Shown: in pieces, positions 27,125 through 36,892 of the stretch
Layout of the letters: each line of letters opens with the position of its first letter
How positions within the stretch are numbered: the first letter of the stretch is position 1
Source of the DNA: Clostridia bacterium
GTDB lineage: Bacteria; Bacillota; Clostridia; Monoglobales; Monoglobaceae
Direction of reading: 5' to 3'
Assembly: GCA_045532055.1 (NCBI GenBank)
Contig: JAZSFF010000026.1
Location: 24,291-88,290, forward strand
DNA length: 64,000 nt
Position numbers and translations under genes: made by a program
The notes under the pieces: model-generated
Told to the model about the DNA's origin: nothing
The model's input: only the letters and a program-made list of their open reading frames with translations
Databases searched by the model: none

Positions 27125-27198
27125 GCGGGTGTAGTTCAATGGTAGAATCTCAGCCTTCCAAGCTGATTGCGTGGGTTCGATTCCCATCACCCGCTCCA
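27125..27198 (+). tRNA. tRNA-Gly (anticodon TCC)
   Basis: Manually folded cloverleaf: acceptor GCGGGTG/CACCCGC, anticodon loop CTTCCAA, T-loop GGTTCGATTCC, encoded CCA. Confidence 0.9.
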
Positions 27199-27207
27199 GC
27201 AAGATTT

Positions 27208-27284
<77 letters not shown>

Positions 27285-27298
27285 CTTGCTTTTTATGT

Positions 27299-27376
27299 GG
27301 TGGGTATAGCTCAGTTGGTTAGAGCGCTAGATTGTGGCTCTAGAGGTCGTCGGATCGACTCCGACTATCCACCCCA
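27299..27376 (+). tRNA. tRNA-His (anticodon GTG) with encoded G-1
   Basis: Extra 5' G opposite discriminator C. Anticodon stem CTAGA/TCTAG with loop TTGTGGC. Encoded CCA. Confidence 0.9.
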
Positions 27377-27423
27377 CTACTTTTTAAGTTGGCAGCGGAC
27401 AAGATTGTCAAGGTTCTTTATAT

Positions 27424-27500
27424 TGGGCTGTAGCCAAGTCGGTAAGGCACCAGACTTTGACTCTGGCATTTCGTAGGTTCGAGTCCTGCCAGCCCAGCCA
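27424..27500 (+). tRNA. tRNA-Gln (anticodon TTG)
   Basis: Acceptor TGGGCTG/CAGCCCA, anticodon loop CTTTGAC, T-loop GGTTCGAGTCC, encoded CCA. Confidence 0.88.
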
Positions 27501-27520
27501 CACTTTTTTAAACTTAATAT

Positions 27521-27596
27521 GGTCCATTAGCTCAGTTGGCAGAGCACTTGACTTTTAATCAAGGTGTCCCGCGTTCGAATCGCGGATGGATCACCA
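27521..27596 (+). tRNA. tRNA-Lys (anticodon TTT)
   Basis: Acceptor GGTCCAT/ATGGATC, anticodon loop CTTTTAA, T-loop CGTTCGAATCG, encoded CCA. Confidence 0.9.
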
Positions 27597-27630
27597 AGCC
27601 TCGGTTTATAAATCCGAGGCTTACTTTTTT
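27597..27630 (+). terminator. rho-independent terminator of the tRNA operon
   Basis: AGCCTCGG-tttataaat-CCGAGGCT followed by TACTTTTTT. Confidence 0.7.
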
Positions 27631-27631
27631 C

Positions 27632-27660
27632 TTGACAACATCTTTCCTTTTTGATAATAT
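27632..27660 (+). promoter_or_regulatory. sigmaA promoter of the hydrogenase-maturation operon
   Basis: TTGACA (27632-27637), 17 nt, TGaTAATAT with the extended -10 (27652-27660). Confidence 0.6.
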
Positions 27661-27666
27661 AATAAT

Positions 27667-27799
27667 ATAATAAACTATTCTCGCTGAAGGAGAGGGTTCG
27701 TCCCGACCCTGTGGCAAAGGTCTTTATTTCATATTCTTGTCAGCACCTTTGCTACCACGGCGAAGATGCTGATTTTTATTTTTGAAAGGTGGTTTTTTT
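27667..27799 (+). promoter_or_regulatory. about 130-nt attenuator-like leader (P1 hairpin, antiterminator/terminator alternative) of unknown class
   Basis: P1 is AGGGT-tcgtcccg-ACCCT (27693-27710). GTGGCAAAGGT (27711-27721) can pair with ACCTTTGCTAC (27745-27755), which is also the 5' arm and loop of the terminator GTCAGCACCTT...AAGATGCTGAT plus TTTTATTTTT (27739-27783). Confidence 0.5.
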
Positions 27800-28045
27800 A
27801 TGGAAACACGTATTGCTATAATCGGAATAATCGTCCAAGACAGACACTCTGCGGAAGAGATTAACTCATTGCTCCACGAATATAGTGAATATATCATTGG
27901 CCGTATGGGTCTGCCCTATCGTGAGCGCGACCTCTCTGTAATCAGCATTATAATTGATGCACCGGCTGATATTATTGGTGCTCTTTCTGGTAAACTGGGC
28001 ATGCTGAAAGATGTAAATGTGAAAACAGTTTATTCAAAGGAATAA
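27800..28045 (+). CDS. TM1266-family iron-only hydrogenase system regulator (small ACT/NikR-C-like protein)
   Basis: 81 aa from METRIAIIGIIV.... The ATG at 27800 follows AAAGGTGG. Sits directly upstream of hydE/hydG, as is typical of this family. Confidence 0.75.
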   Translation: METRIAIIGIIVQDRHSAEEINSLLHEYSEYIIGRMGLPYRERDLSVISIIIDAPADIIGALSGKLGMLKDVNVKTVYSKE

Positions 28046-28069
28046 CTTCCGCAACTGAGGAGGTTTTTA

Positions 28070-29110
28070 ATGACAAATAATGAACTTATTAAAAAACTTG
28101 AAACAAGTGGTACCTTGTCCCATGATGAATTTGTGCAAATCTTATTTTCCTATACCCAAGAAGATTTGGATTTTGCTCGTTCTATTGCACAGAAAATTGC
28201 ACAAGAGCATTTCGGCAACAAAATTTATATCCGCGGTCTTATTGAATTCACCAATATATGCAGACAAAACTGCTACTACTGTGGACTCCGTGCCGAAAAC
28301 ACCAAGGTCTCCCGCTACCGCCTGACAAAGGACGATATTCTTGCCTGCTGTGATGAGGGTTATCCTCTGGGGTTCCGAACCTTTGTCCTTCAGGGGGGCG
28401 AAGATTTACACTTTGATGATGAACTTATGTGTGATATTATCCACAGCATAAAAGACAGATATCCAGATTGTGCTGTTACCCTGTCCATTGGGGAGCGTTC
28501 ACGGGAGACTTACCAGAAGTATTTTAGTGCAGGAGCAGACAGATTTTTGCTTCGCCACGAAACAGCAAATGCCGAACATTATGCAAAACTTCACCCCCAA
28601 AACTTGAGTCTTGAAAACCGCAAAAAGTGTCTTTTCGCGCTAAAGGATATCGGTTTTCAGACAGGATGCGGGTTTATGGTGGGTTCACCCTGGCAGACAT
28701 TTGACACTATTGCTGAGGACCTTCTGTTTATACATGAGCTTCAGCCACAAATGGTGGGTATTGGACCTTTTATTCCCCACAAGGATACACCCTTTGGTGA
28801 CAAACCCCAGGGGAGTCTTGAACTCACGCTTTTGCTCCTTGCCTTGGTGAGAATAATGCTAAAAAATGTACTACTTCCTTCTACCACTGCTTTGGGTACA
28901 ATTCATCCTAAGGGTAGGGAAATGGGCATTCTCTCTGGTGCTAATGTTGTTATGCCCAATCTCTCTCCACTTGCTGTACGCAAAAAATATATGCTTTACA
29001 ACGGCAAAATTGCAACCGGCGAAGAAGCGGCAGAAGGTCTTGAAAATCTTAAAAAACGTATGCAGGACATCGGTTATGAAATCACTGTTGACCGTGGCGA
29101 CTTTGCATAA
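28070..29110 (+). CDS. hydE: [FeFe]-hydrogenase H-cluster radical SAM maturase HydE
   Basis: 346 aa with radical SAM CRQNCYYC and a BioB-like fold. Context is the TM1266-like gene and hydG. Confidence 0.88.
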   Translation: MTNNELIKKLETSGTLSHDEFVQILFSYTQEDLDFARSIAQKIAQEHFGNKIYIRGLIEFTNICRQNCYYCGLRAENTKVSRYRLTKDDILACCDEGYPLGFRTFVLQGGEDLHFDDELMCDIIHSIKDRYPDCAVTLSIGERSRETYQKYFSAGADRFLLRHETANAEHYAKLHPQNLSLENRKKCLFALKDIGFQTGCGFMVGSPWQTFDTIAEDLLFIHELQPQMVGIGPFIPHKDTPFGDKPQGSLELTLLLLALVRIMLKNVLLPSTTALGTIHPKGREMGILSGANVVMPNLSPLAVRKKYMLYNGKIATGEEAAEGLENLKKRMQDIGYEITVDRGDFA

Positions 29111-29178
29111 ATTCCATCTCATGTATGTCCACCTTGAGAATGGATATAAAGTATGTGGGCAGAAAGGCTTGAATTTTT

Positions 29179-30603
29179 ATGGCAATTTATAATCCCAAAT
29201 CCTCTGTAGCTGAGGAATTTATCAATCATGAGGAAATCCTTGAAACAATCGAATATGCAAAGGCAAACAAATCAAACGCCGACCTTATATTCTCTCTCAT
29301 CAAACGTGCAGAGGACTGCAAAGGTCTTACACACCGCGAGGCAGCTGTTCTTTTGGAGTGCGATATTCCTGAAGCTAATGATGCAATCAAAGCTCTTGCA
29401 ATAAAGATAAAAGAAAAACTCTACGGCAACCGGATTGTTATGTTCGCACCTCTTTATCTCTCCAACTACTGCGTAAACGGATGCACGTACTGTCCTTATC
29501 ACTATTGCAACAAAAATATAACAAGAAAAAAACTCACCCAGGATGAAATCCGTGATGAGGTTATTGCTCTGCAGGATATGGGACACAAGAGGCTTGCTAT
29601 TGAGCTTGGCGAGGACCCTGTAAACAATCCTATTGAGTATGTTCTTGAGAGTATCAATACTATCTACAGTATCAAACACAAAAACGGCGCAATCCGCCGT
29701 GTAAATGTGAATATTGCAGCAACAACTGTTGAAAACTACAGAAAGTTGAAAGATGCCGGCATCGGCACATATATCCTCTTCCAAGAAACATACAACAAAG
29801 AGAATTACGAAATTCTTCACCCCACTGGTCCAAAGCATGACTATGCTTATCATACCGAGGCTATGGACAGGGCTATGGATGGCGGCATTGATGATGTTGG
29901 TATTGGCGTTTTGTTCGGGCTTGAGATGTACCGCTATGACTTTGTGGGACTTCTTATGCACGCAGAACATCTTGAGGCAGCTAAAGGGGTTGGACCTCAT
30001 ACAATAAGCGTACCAAGAATTTGTCCTGCTGATGATATTAAAAAAGAGGACTTCACAAATGCAATTTCTGATGATATATTTGAAAAGATAGTTGCCATCA
30101 TCAGAATCGCAGTGCCCTATACAGGAATGATTATCTCTACACGAGAGTCAAAAGCATCAAGGGAACGTGTTCTGAAACTTGGCATTTCCCAGATAAGCGG
30201 CGGTTCAAAAACATCGGTTGGCGGATATATCCACGATGAGCCTGAGGAAGAAAATTCTGCGCAGTTTGACATCAGTGATACCAGACCTTTGGACGCAGTT
30301 GTAAACTGGCTCCTTGAACTCGGGTATATTCCCAGTTTCTGTACTGCCTGCTATCGCGAGGGCAGAACCGGTGACAGATTTATGTCTCTTATTAAATCTG
30401 GTCAGATTGCAAATTGCTGTCAGCCAAATGCACTTCTTACACTTAAGGAATATCTTATAGATTATGCATCACCTGAGACGGTGAAAAACGGTCTCAAAGT
30501 GATTGAAACCGAAGTTGAAAAAATCCCCAACCCAAAAGCACGGGAGTTGGCAAAACACTATATTGAAGAAATACAAAACGGAAAACGTGATTTCAGATTT
30601 TAA
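29179..30603 (+). CDS. hydG: [FeFe]-hydrogenase H-cluster radical SAM maturase HydG
   Basis: 474 aa with radical SAM CVNGCTYC, plus the C-terminal CTAC-x22-C auxiliary cluster motif characteristic of HydG. Confidence 0.9.
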   Translation: MAIYNPKSSVAEEFINHEEILETIEYAKANKSNADLIFSLIKRAEDCKGLTHREAAVLLECDIPEANDAIKALAIKIKEKLYGNRIVMFAPLYLSNYCVNGCTYCPYHYCNKNITRKKLTQDEIRDEVIALQDMGHKRLAIELGEDPVNNPIEYVLESINTIYSIKHKNGAIRRVNVNIAATTVENYRKLKDAGIGTYILFQETYNKENYEILHPTGPKHDYAYHTEAMDRAMDGGIDDVGIGVLFGLEMYRYDFVGLLMHAEHLEAAKGVGPHTISVPRICPADDIKKEDFTNAISDDIFEKIVAIIRIAVPYTGMIISTRESKASRERVLKLGISQISGGSKTSVGGYIHDEPEEENSAQFDISDTRPLDAVVNWLLELGYIPSFCTACYREGRTGDRFMSLIKSGQIANCCQPNALLTLKEYLIDYASPETVKNGLKVIETEVEKIPNPKARELAKHYIEEIQNGKRDFRF

Positions 30604-30623
30604 ATATGAAAGGAGATAAAAAC

Positions 30624-30923
30624 ATGGTAAAACACATAATTATCTGGAGTTTTAAAGAAGGACTCTCCGATGCTGAAAAACAGACCGCTGCTGTAAAAAT
30701 CAAGACAGACATTGAGGGACTTATGGGACAGATTGATGGACTTGTGGATATCAAAATCCAAAATGTACCTCTCTCTTCCTCCACCGGCGACCTTTTGCTG
30801 GACAGCACCTTTGTGGATGAAGACGCATTGAAAGCATATCAGGTAAATCCAATACATGTTGCTGTTGCAACCTATGTACGTTCTATGGTTGGTGCAAGAC
30901 AGTGCTTTGATTTTGAAGTTTAA
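30624..30923 (+). CDS. Dabb (stress-responsive alpha/beta-barrel) domain protein
   Basis: 99 aa starting MVKHIIIWSFKEG, with KAYQVNPIHV later. The ATG at 30624 follows AGGAGA. Confidence 0.75.
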   Translation: MVKHIIIWSFKEGLSDAEKQTAAVKIKTDIEGLMGQIDGLVDIKIQNVPLSSSTGDLLLDSTFVDEDALKAYQVNPIHVAVATYVRSMVGARQCFDFEV

Positions 30924-30929
30924 AACGAA

Positions 30930-30966
30930 ACAGGAGAAACCGAATTGGTTTCTCCTGTATTTTTTA
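30930..30966. terminator. bidirectional terminator between the Dabb gene and wecB
   Basis: ACAGGAGAAACC-gaat-GGTTTCTCCTGT, a 12-bp stem followed by ATTTTTT. Confidence 0.7.
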
Positions 30967-32085
30967 TCTGCAATACTTTTCAACTATTGCGTCCACAATT
31001 TTCTTTGATGCAAAGCCATCACCATAAGGGTTTACTGCCTTTGCCATGGCATTGTATGCTTTTTCGTTACATATAAGTTCTTTTGCCATGTTATAGATTA
31101 CATCCTCGTCAACGCCGGCAATCTTTACTGTTCCTGCATCAACTGCCTCGGGGCGTTCAGTCTCGGTTCTCATAACAAGTACCGGTTTGCCCAAAGATGG
31201 TGCTTCTTCCTGAAGTCCGCCGGAATCGGTCATTACCATATAGCCACGGCTTATAGCATTATGGAGTTCATCAGCACTTACGGGTTCAATCAGTTTCACC
31301 CTGTCCATATCACCCAAAATGCTGTATGCAACCTCACGAACTGCCGGATTCATGTGTACCGGATAAACAACCTCAACATCCTGAAAATCTTCAACAATGC
31401 GTTTTACTGCACGGCAGATATTTTTGAGGGGTTCGCCCAGGTTTTCTCTTCTGTGGGCTGTCATGACTATTACTTTTTTTGTATCCCAGTTCATTTCCGC
31501 AAGGCCTGCATCCTTGAACTCATAGCTATCTCTCACCGTTGTCTTAAGCGCATCGATAACTGTGTTACCTGTTATATAAATTGTGTCATCTGACACATTT
31601 TCGCGTAATAGGTTTTCACGATTTCTCTCTGTGGGGGCAAAATGCATGTCTGCCATAACCCCTGTGAGTCTTCTGTTCACTTCTTCCGGGAATGGTGAAT
31701 ATTTGTCAAATGTTCTCAGTCCTGCCTCAACATGACCTATGGCAATCTGATTGTAAAATGCCGCCAAACTTCCAACAAAAGTTGTTGATGTATCACCATG
31801 CACAAGCACCAAATCAGGTTGTGCCTCTTTCATAACACCATCCAGCCCCTCAAGACCTCTGGTTGTTATGCTGATTAGAGTCTGTCGGTCTTTCATTATA
31901 TTAAGGTCATAATCAGGCTTTATATCAAAGATTTCGAGAACCTGGTCAAGCATCTGTCTGTGCTGGGCTGTTACGCATACGATAGATTCAACATTTTCGT
32001 TTTTTTCCAGTTCCTTTACCAATGGTGCCATCTTTATTGCCTCGGGACGTGTTCCGAAAATTGTCATTACTTTAATCTTTTTCAT
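30964..32085 (-). CDS. wecB: UDP-N-acetylglucosamine 2-epimerase (non-hydrolysing)
   Basis: MKKIKVMTIFGTRPEAIKMAPL.... The ATG at 32085 follows GAGGAGGA. The longer start in the ORF track is probably spurious. Confidence 0.9.
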   Translation of the reverse strand: MKKIKVMTIFGTRPEAIKMAPLVKELEKNENVESIVCVTAQHRQMLDQVLEIFDIKPDYDLNIMKDRQTLISITTRGLEGLDGVMKEAQPDLVLVHGDTSTTFVGSLAAFYNQIAIGHVEAGLRTFDKYSPFPEEVNRRLTGVMADMHFAPTERNRENLLRENVSDDTIYITGNTVIDALKTTVRDSYEFKDAGLAEMNWDTKKVIVMTAHRRENLGEPLKNICRAVKRIVEDFQDVEVVYPVHMNPAVREVAYSILGDMDRVKLIEPVSADELHNAISRGYMVMTDSGGLQEEAPSLGKPVLVMRTETERPEAVDAGTVKIAGVDEDVIYNMAKELICNEKAYNAMAKAVNPYGDGFASKKIVDAIVEKYCR

Positions 32086-33148
32086 TTGTATCCTCCTCAG
32101 AAGTTTTTTCATCATTCTTTGGTTCCATAACAGCAAGGCTTACCACCAGAATTCCTACAACAGCAAGAACCAGTATGAGACCTCTTATTGCGTCTTTAAG
32201 AGCCATAACCACCGCTGTAAGACAAAGAATACTTGTCAAAGTATAAAGGATTGCAACTGTCTGCTTTTGTGAAAATCCCATATCAAGCAATCTGTGATGC
32301 AGATGTCCGCGGTCGGGGGACATAATAGACTTGCCAGTGAGGAGTCTGCGAATTATGGCAAACAAAGTATCAAATATTGGAAGTCCCAGTATAAGAACCG
32401 GCACTGCAAATGATACCAATGCATACATTTTCATGATTCCCTGGATTGATATACAAGCAAGCACAAATCCTAAGAATGTAGAACCTGTATCACCCATAAA
32501 TATCTTTGCAGGATTAAAATTATAGGGTAAAAAGCCAAAGCCTGCACCCGCCAATGCCGCTGTTACAATAGCTGCATTGAGATTCTGAGATATGAGAGTG
32601 AGCGACAAAAGAGCCACCGACGCAATAGATGAAACTCCCACCGCAAGGCCATCAAGTCCGTCAATCAGGTTCACCGCATTGGTGACACCTATTATCCAAA
32701 CCATTGTAATAGGTATTGACCACAATCCGAGGTTTATATATACCGGTCCGAACCATTGTGAAAATGGATTGGCAATGTAGGTAATATCAACACCAAAATA
32801 AATAACTATTGCTGCAGCTATAATCTGGAACAAAAGCTTAATCTTGGCACTGAGTTCACGCATATCGTCGACAACACCAACAGTGACGATTATGACTGCA
32901 CCGATAAGAATTCCCATTATTTCACGGTCAATAACCGCAAAGCAAAGTACACTTATAACAAATCCATAGAATATCGCCAGTCCACCAATAAGAGGAATGG
33001 GTTTTTTGTGAATTCGTCTTGAATCCTTTGGAATATCCAAAGCCTTTACTCTGTTTGCCAGAGCAATAACCGTAGGTGTTGAAGCGAATGAAATCAAAAA
33101 ACCTACAGCAAGTGCCAGGATAATGAATATACCGCTGTTTGTAAACAT
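32072..33148 (-). CDS. tagO: MraY/WecA-family undecaprenyl-phosphate GlcNAc-1-phosphate transferase (TagO-like)
   Basis: 358 aa polytopic protein with VDDMRE, NAVNLIDGLDGL and FMGDTGS motifs. Overlaps the wecB start by 14 nt. Confidence 0.85.
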   Translation of the reverse strand: MFTNSGIFIILALAVGFLISFASTPTVIALANRVKALDIPKDSRRIHKKPIPLIGGLAIFYGFVISVLCFAVIDREIMGILIGAVIIVTVGVVDDMRELSAKIKLLFQIIAAAIVIYFGVDITYIANPFSQWFGPVYINLGLWSIPITMVWIIGVTNAVNLIDGLDGLAVGVSSIASVALLSLTLISQNLNAAIVTAALAGAGFGFLPYNFNPAKIFMGDTGSTFLGFVLACISIQGIMKMYALVSFAVPVLILGLPIFDTLFAIIRRLLTGKSIMSPDRGHLHHRLLDMGFSQKQTVAILYTLTSILCLTAVVMALKDAIRGLILVLAVVGILVVSLAVMEPKNDEKTSEEDTNEKD

Positions 33149-33176
33149 TTTTCTTCAGTCCTTCCTGTATCAATGG

Positions 33177-34190
33177 TTACGGCTGGATAAAGCCAACCTT
33201 CCTGTATACCTTTGATATAGTCTTTCTTGCTGTATAGTTTGCCTGTTCGGCACCACGTTTATAGATTGTTTCCAGATAATCTTTGTTTTTTATAAGGTCA
33301 TTATGTTTTTCCTGTATGGGTTTTAATGTTTCAGCAACGGCCTCTGTCACTGCAGATTTAAAGTCACCATAACCCTTACCCTCAAATTCAAGGGTTATCT
33401 CTTCCATAGTCTTTCCGGTAACAGATGCATAAATGCTCATCAGGTTTTCAACGCCCTCTTTGCCCTCACCGCATCGTACCTCGGAACCTGAATCGGTAAC
33501 TGCTCTCTTTATTTTTTTAACAACTGTATCAATTGGGTCAAGGAGCAAAATGTATGAATTTTCATTGGGGTCTGATTTTGACATTTTCTGTTTTGGATCC
33601 TGGAGGCTCATTATCTTGTTGCCCAGCTTTGGAATATATGGTTCAGGGACTTTGAAGGTATCACTGTATGCATTGTTGAAGCGAATTGCCAAATCCCTTG
33701 TCAATTCAAGGTGCTGTTTCTGGTCTTTTCCCACCGGAACCAAGTCCGCCTGATAAAGCAGAATATCTGCCGCCATCAATGATGGATATGTAAACAGTCC
33801 TGCATTGATGTTGTCGGCATGCTTGCGACTTTTATCCTTGAACTGTGTCATACGAGAGAGTTCGCCCATATAGGTATTGCAATCAAGCACCCAACCAAGC
33901 TGTGTGTGTGCAGGCACATGGGATTGGAAGAATATAGGTTCTTTCTCCCCGTCAAGACCGCAGGCAATGAGAAGTGCCAGAAGATTCATTGCATTCTTTC
34001 TCAAAACCGCAGGTTCCTGTCTCACCGTAATTGAATGGAGATCTGCTATCATATAATAGCTCTCGTATTTATCCTCTTTCTGGAGTTCCACCCAGTTGCG
34101 GATTGCCCCTACATAATTGCCCAGAGTCATAGCGCCTGAGGGCTGAATTCCGCTGAGTATTCTCTTTTTTGTTTCTGTCTGATTTTCCAT
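33177..34190 (-). CDS. trpS: tryptophanyl-tRNA synthetase
   Basis: GIQPSG (HIGH-region equivalent) and KMSKS. I prefer the internal ATG (MENQTETKK...) at 34190, just after the upstream stop. Confidence 0.92.
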   Translation of the reverse strand: MENQTETKKRILSGIQPSGAMTLGNYVGAIRNWVELQKEDKYESYYMIADLHSITVRQEPAVLRKNAMNLLALLIACGLDGEKEPIFFQSHVPAHTQLGWVLDCNTYMGELSRMTQFKDKSRKHADNINAGLFTYPSLMAADILLYQADLVPVGKDQKQHLELTRDLAIRFNNAYSDTFKVPEPYIPKLGNKIMSLQDPKQKMSKSDPNENSYILLLDPIDTVVKKIKRAVTDSGSEVRCGEGKEGVENLMSIYASVTGKTMEEITLEFEGKGYGDFKSAVTEAVAETLKPIQEKHNDLIKNKDYLETIYKRGAEQANYTARKTISKVYRKVGFIQP

Positions 34191-34197
34191 ATCAATC

Positions 34198-35394
34198 TCA
34201 CACTCCCATAAATGTGTGTAATACTTCGCCAAGGGCCTTTATGCCCTTTTCTATATCCTCTTCCGATGCTGTTGAATAGTTCATGCGGAACGTACTATAC
34301 GTTGCCTTGTCATCGATCATGCAAGATGTTCCCGGAACAAATGCCACATTCTTTTCAAGGGCTTTTTTCATAAGTTCCTTGCTGTCATAACCCTCTGGCA
34401 TTGTACAGTAAAGGAACAATCCGCCCTCAGGACAAGTATGTTCCACCTCTGCCGGGAAGTACTTATCCATACAATCCATCATCAGCTTACACTTTTTGCC
34501 GTAAGCCTTGCGAAGTTTTGCAATATGCTCATCTATTGAATAACGAGTCACAAATTCATAAGCAATCATCTGTGACAGAACATTTGTGTGTACGTCCTCA
34601 GTCTGCTTGCAGATAATCATTCTTTCCAGAAGCGGTGCCGGTGCAGATGTGAAACCAAGACGCATACCAGGTGCCAGAATCTTGGAGAATGACCCAAAAT
34701 ATATAACTCTTCCGTTTGTGTCAAGGGATTTGAGTGTAGGTATCTCCTCACCGCTGAAACGAAGTTCACCGTATGGGTTATCCTCATAAATAAGGAAATC
34801 ATATTTTTCGGCAAGTTCAAGAATCTTCTTGCGTTTTTCAAGAGAAATAGTAATTCCTGACGGGTTCTGGAACGTGGAAATGGTATAAAGAAGTTTTACA
34901 TTTTTATGTTCTTTCAATGTTTCCTCCAGTTTTTCTGTATCAATGCCGTCAGACAACACGGGGACTCCATAAAGCTGTGCATTGTATGAGCGGAAACAGT
35001 TGAGACCCCCAATAAAGCTGGGTTCTTCACATATAACTCCGTCCCCTGCATTTATGAGCGCCTTGGTTGCAAGGTCGATACCCTGCTGTCCACCGCTTAC
35101 TATAATCACATCTTCATCTTCTGTAAGAACGCCCTGACTCACCAATCTATTCTTTGTCCATTCTCTAAGAGGAGCATAGCCCTCTGTTATACCATACTGA
35201 AGTGCAGTATTGCCCTGAGTTTCAAGAATTTCCTTAGCAATTTGGGCAAATTCCGATTTTGGAAACAAAGCAGGGTCCGGTGCACCACCGGCAAAACTGA
35301 TGATTCCCGGTTTCGCAAGAAGTTTGAAAATTTCTCTTATGGCAGATGCCTCCAGATGTTTTACTCTGTCTGAAAACTTTGTTGTAATATCCAT
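34198..35394 (-). CDS. PLP-dependent class I/II aminotransferase (LysN/AspC-like)
   Basis: 398 aa with the SFSKILAPGMRLG PLP-lysine motif. Confidence 0.8.
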   Translation of the reverse strand: MDITTKFSDRVKHLEASAIREIFKLLAKPGIISFAGGAPDPALFPKSEFAQIAKEILETQGNTALQYGITEGYAPLREWTKNRLVSQGVLTEDEDVIIVSGGQQGIDLATKALINAGDGVICEEPSFIGGLNCFRSYNAQLYGVPVLSDGIDTEKLEETLKEHKNVKLLYTISTFQNPSGITISLEKRKKILELAEKYDFLIYEDNPYGELRFSGEEIPTLKSLDTNGRVIYFGSFSKILAPGMRLGFTSAPAPLLERMIICKQTEDVHTNVLSQMIAYEFVTRYSIDEHIAKLRKAYGKKCKLMMDCMDKYFPAEVEHTCPEGGLFLYCTMPEGYDSKELMKKALEKNVAFVPGTSCMIDDKATYSTFRMNYSTASEEDIEKGIKALGEVLHTFMGV

Positions 35395-35418
35395 TTTAAT
35401 CTCAATCCAATCTGATTT

Positions 35419-36876
35419 TTATTTTGAAAGCTGTTCAATGCCTGATTTGATGCGTCGAATTGTTTCGTCCTTACCCAAAATATATGCAAGTTCAACACCG
35501 CCACCGGGAGTAAACGCTTTGCCTGATACAGCAACACGAACCGGCCACAGGATTCTACCATTTTTAAGTTCCAGTTTCTCAACCAAAGCGATGAGTTCAT
35601 CATGTATATTCTCTTTGGTCCAGTCACCAATACCCTCCAAAACAGGAAGAACATGTTCCAATGCCTCCAGAGAATTTTCGGGATTGGTCTTCATCTTTTT
35701 GTGCGTATAAAGCTCGTTGTCGTACTCAGGAAGATTGTCAAAGAAGTCCACCTGTTCGGGAATATCAGAAAGTTTCTCGCATCTGGGTTGCAACAGTTCC
35801 GAAACCTCTTTCAAATCAATATCTTTGTTTGTAATAACACCCTCATAATAAGGAAGTGCCAATTTGTGGAATTCTTCTGGGGCGAGTTCTCTGATATATT
35901 CACCGTTGAGCCATGCAAGTTTTTTCTCGTCAAAAATTGCAGGTGATTTGCTTATGCCCTTGACATCAAAGGCTTCTATAAGTTCGTCCATGGTGAACTT
36001 TTCACGTTCATCCCCGGGCGCCCAGCCAAGAAGTGCGATATAATTTACTATTGCCTCTTTGAGATAACCTTTGGCAATAAAATCCTCATATGATGCATCA
36101 CCATGACGCTTTGAAAGTTTGTTGTTGGCATCTTTCATAACAGGTGACACGTGAATATACTTGGGGATTTCCCAACCAAATGCATCATACAAAAGATTGT
36201 ATTTAGGGGTTGAAGAAAGATACTCGCTTCCTCTTATTATATGAGTAATATTCATGAGATGGTCATCAATAACATTTGCAAAGTTGTAGGTTGGGAGTCC
36301 ATCAGCCTTGAGAAGAACATTGTCATCAAGGATTGCATTCTCCACAGAAATCTCACCAAACACCTCATCCTGAAAAGTTGTCTTTCCGTACTTTGGCATT
36401 TTCTGGCGGATTACATAGGGCACACCTGCCTTAATCTTTTCTTCGATTTCTTCTTTTGAAAGTTTGCTGCACAGTCCGTCATACTTGGTGGGAACTTTCA
36501 TCACAGTCTGACGCTGACGCAAATCTTCAAGACGTTCTTTGTCGCAGAAACAGTAATATGCATGACCCAGTTCCACAAGCTTTTCAGCATATTCCTTATA
36601 TATATTTCGTCTTTCGCTCTGGATATACGGACCGTAGTCACCGCCCACATCAGGACCCTCATCGTGGATAAGGCCTGTGTCCTTCATTGTTCTGTATATC
36701 ACATCAACTGCACCGTCAACATATCTTTCCTGGTCGGTATCCTCAATTCTGAGAATGAACTTACCATTCTTGGACTTGGTGAGAAGATATGCATAAAGAG
36801 CTGTTCTCAAGTTGCCTATATGCATATACCCTGTTGGACTTGGTGCAAATCGTGTTCTCACTTCATTTGTGCTCAT
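35419..36876 (-). CDS. gltX: glutamyl-tRNA synthetase
   Basis: 485 aa with [19 protein letters not shown] (HIGH) and KLSKR (KMSKS-type). Confidence 0.93.
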   Translation of the reverse strand: MSTNEVRTRFAPSPTGYMHIGNLRTALYAYLLTKSKNGKFILRIEDTDQERYVDGAVDVIYRTMKDTGLIHDEGPDVGGDYGPYIQSERRNIYKEYAEKLVELGHAYYCFCDKERLEDLRQRQTVMKVPTKYDGLCSKLSKEEIEEKIKAGVPYVIRQKMPKYGKTTFQDEVFGEISVENAILDDNVLLKADGLPTYNFANVIDDHLMNITHIIRGSEYLSSTPKYNLLYDAFGWEIPKYIHVSPVMKDANNKLSKRHGDASYEDFIAKGYLKEAIVNYIALLGWAPGDEREKFTMDELIEAFDVKGISKSPAIFDEKKLAWLNGEYIRELAPEEFHKLALPYYEGVITNKDIDLKEVSELLQPRCEKLSDIPEQVDFFDNLPEYDNELYTHKKMKTNPENSLEALEHVLPVLEGIGDWTKENIHDELIALVEKLELKNGRILWPVRVAVSGKAFTPGGGVELAYILGKDETIRRIKSGIEQLSK

Positions 36877-36892
36877 TTTAAAATTCCTCCAA

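Noticed and set aside
27667-27799. Assignment of the hydE/hydG leader to a known riboswitch class (SAM-I, glycine, c-di-GMP, THF, fluoride, ZTP)
   Set aside because: None of the conserved cores I remember for these classes is present. It is kept only as an unclassified attenuator-like leader.
29272-30000. 242-aa ORF antisense to hydG
   Set aside because: It is entirely inside a confidently identified gene, with no RBS and a compositionally odd protein. The same reasoning applies to the long antisense ORFs at 6492-7127, 24666-25217, 41603-42343, 45766-46482 and 48520-49239.
32086-32136. N-terminal extensions suggested by the ORF track (wecB; also trpS, pgk, rplI, truA, argS, ecfA2, rho and the Cu-amine-oxidase-domain gene)
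   Set aside because: In each case an internal start with a proper Shine-Dalgarno and a family-typical N-terminus exists, and the extension overlaps the upstream gene. These are not frameshifts or pseudogenes.
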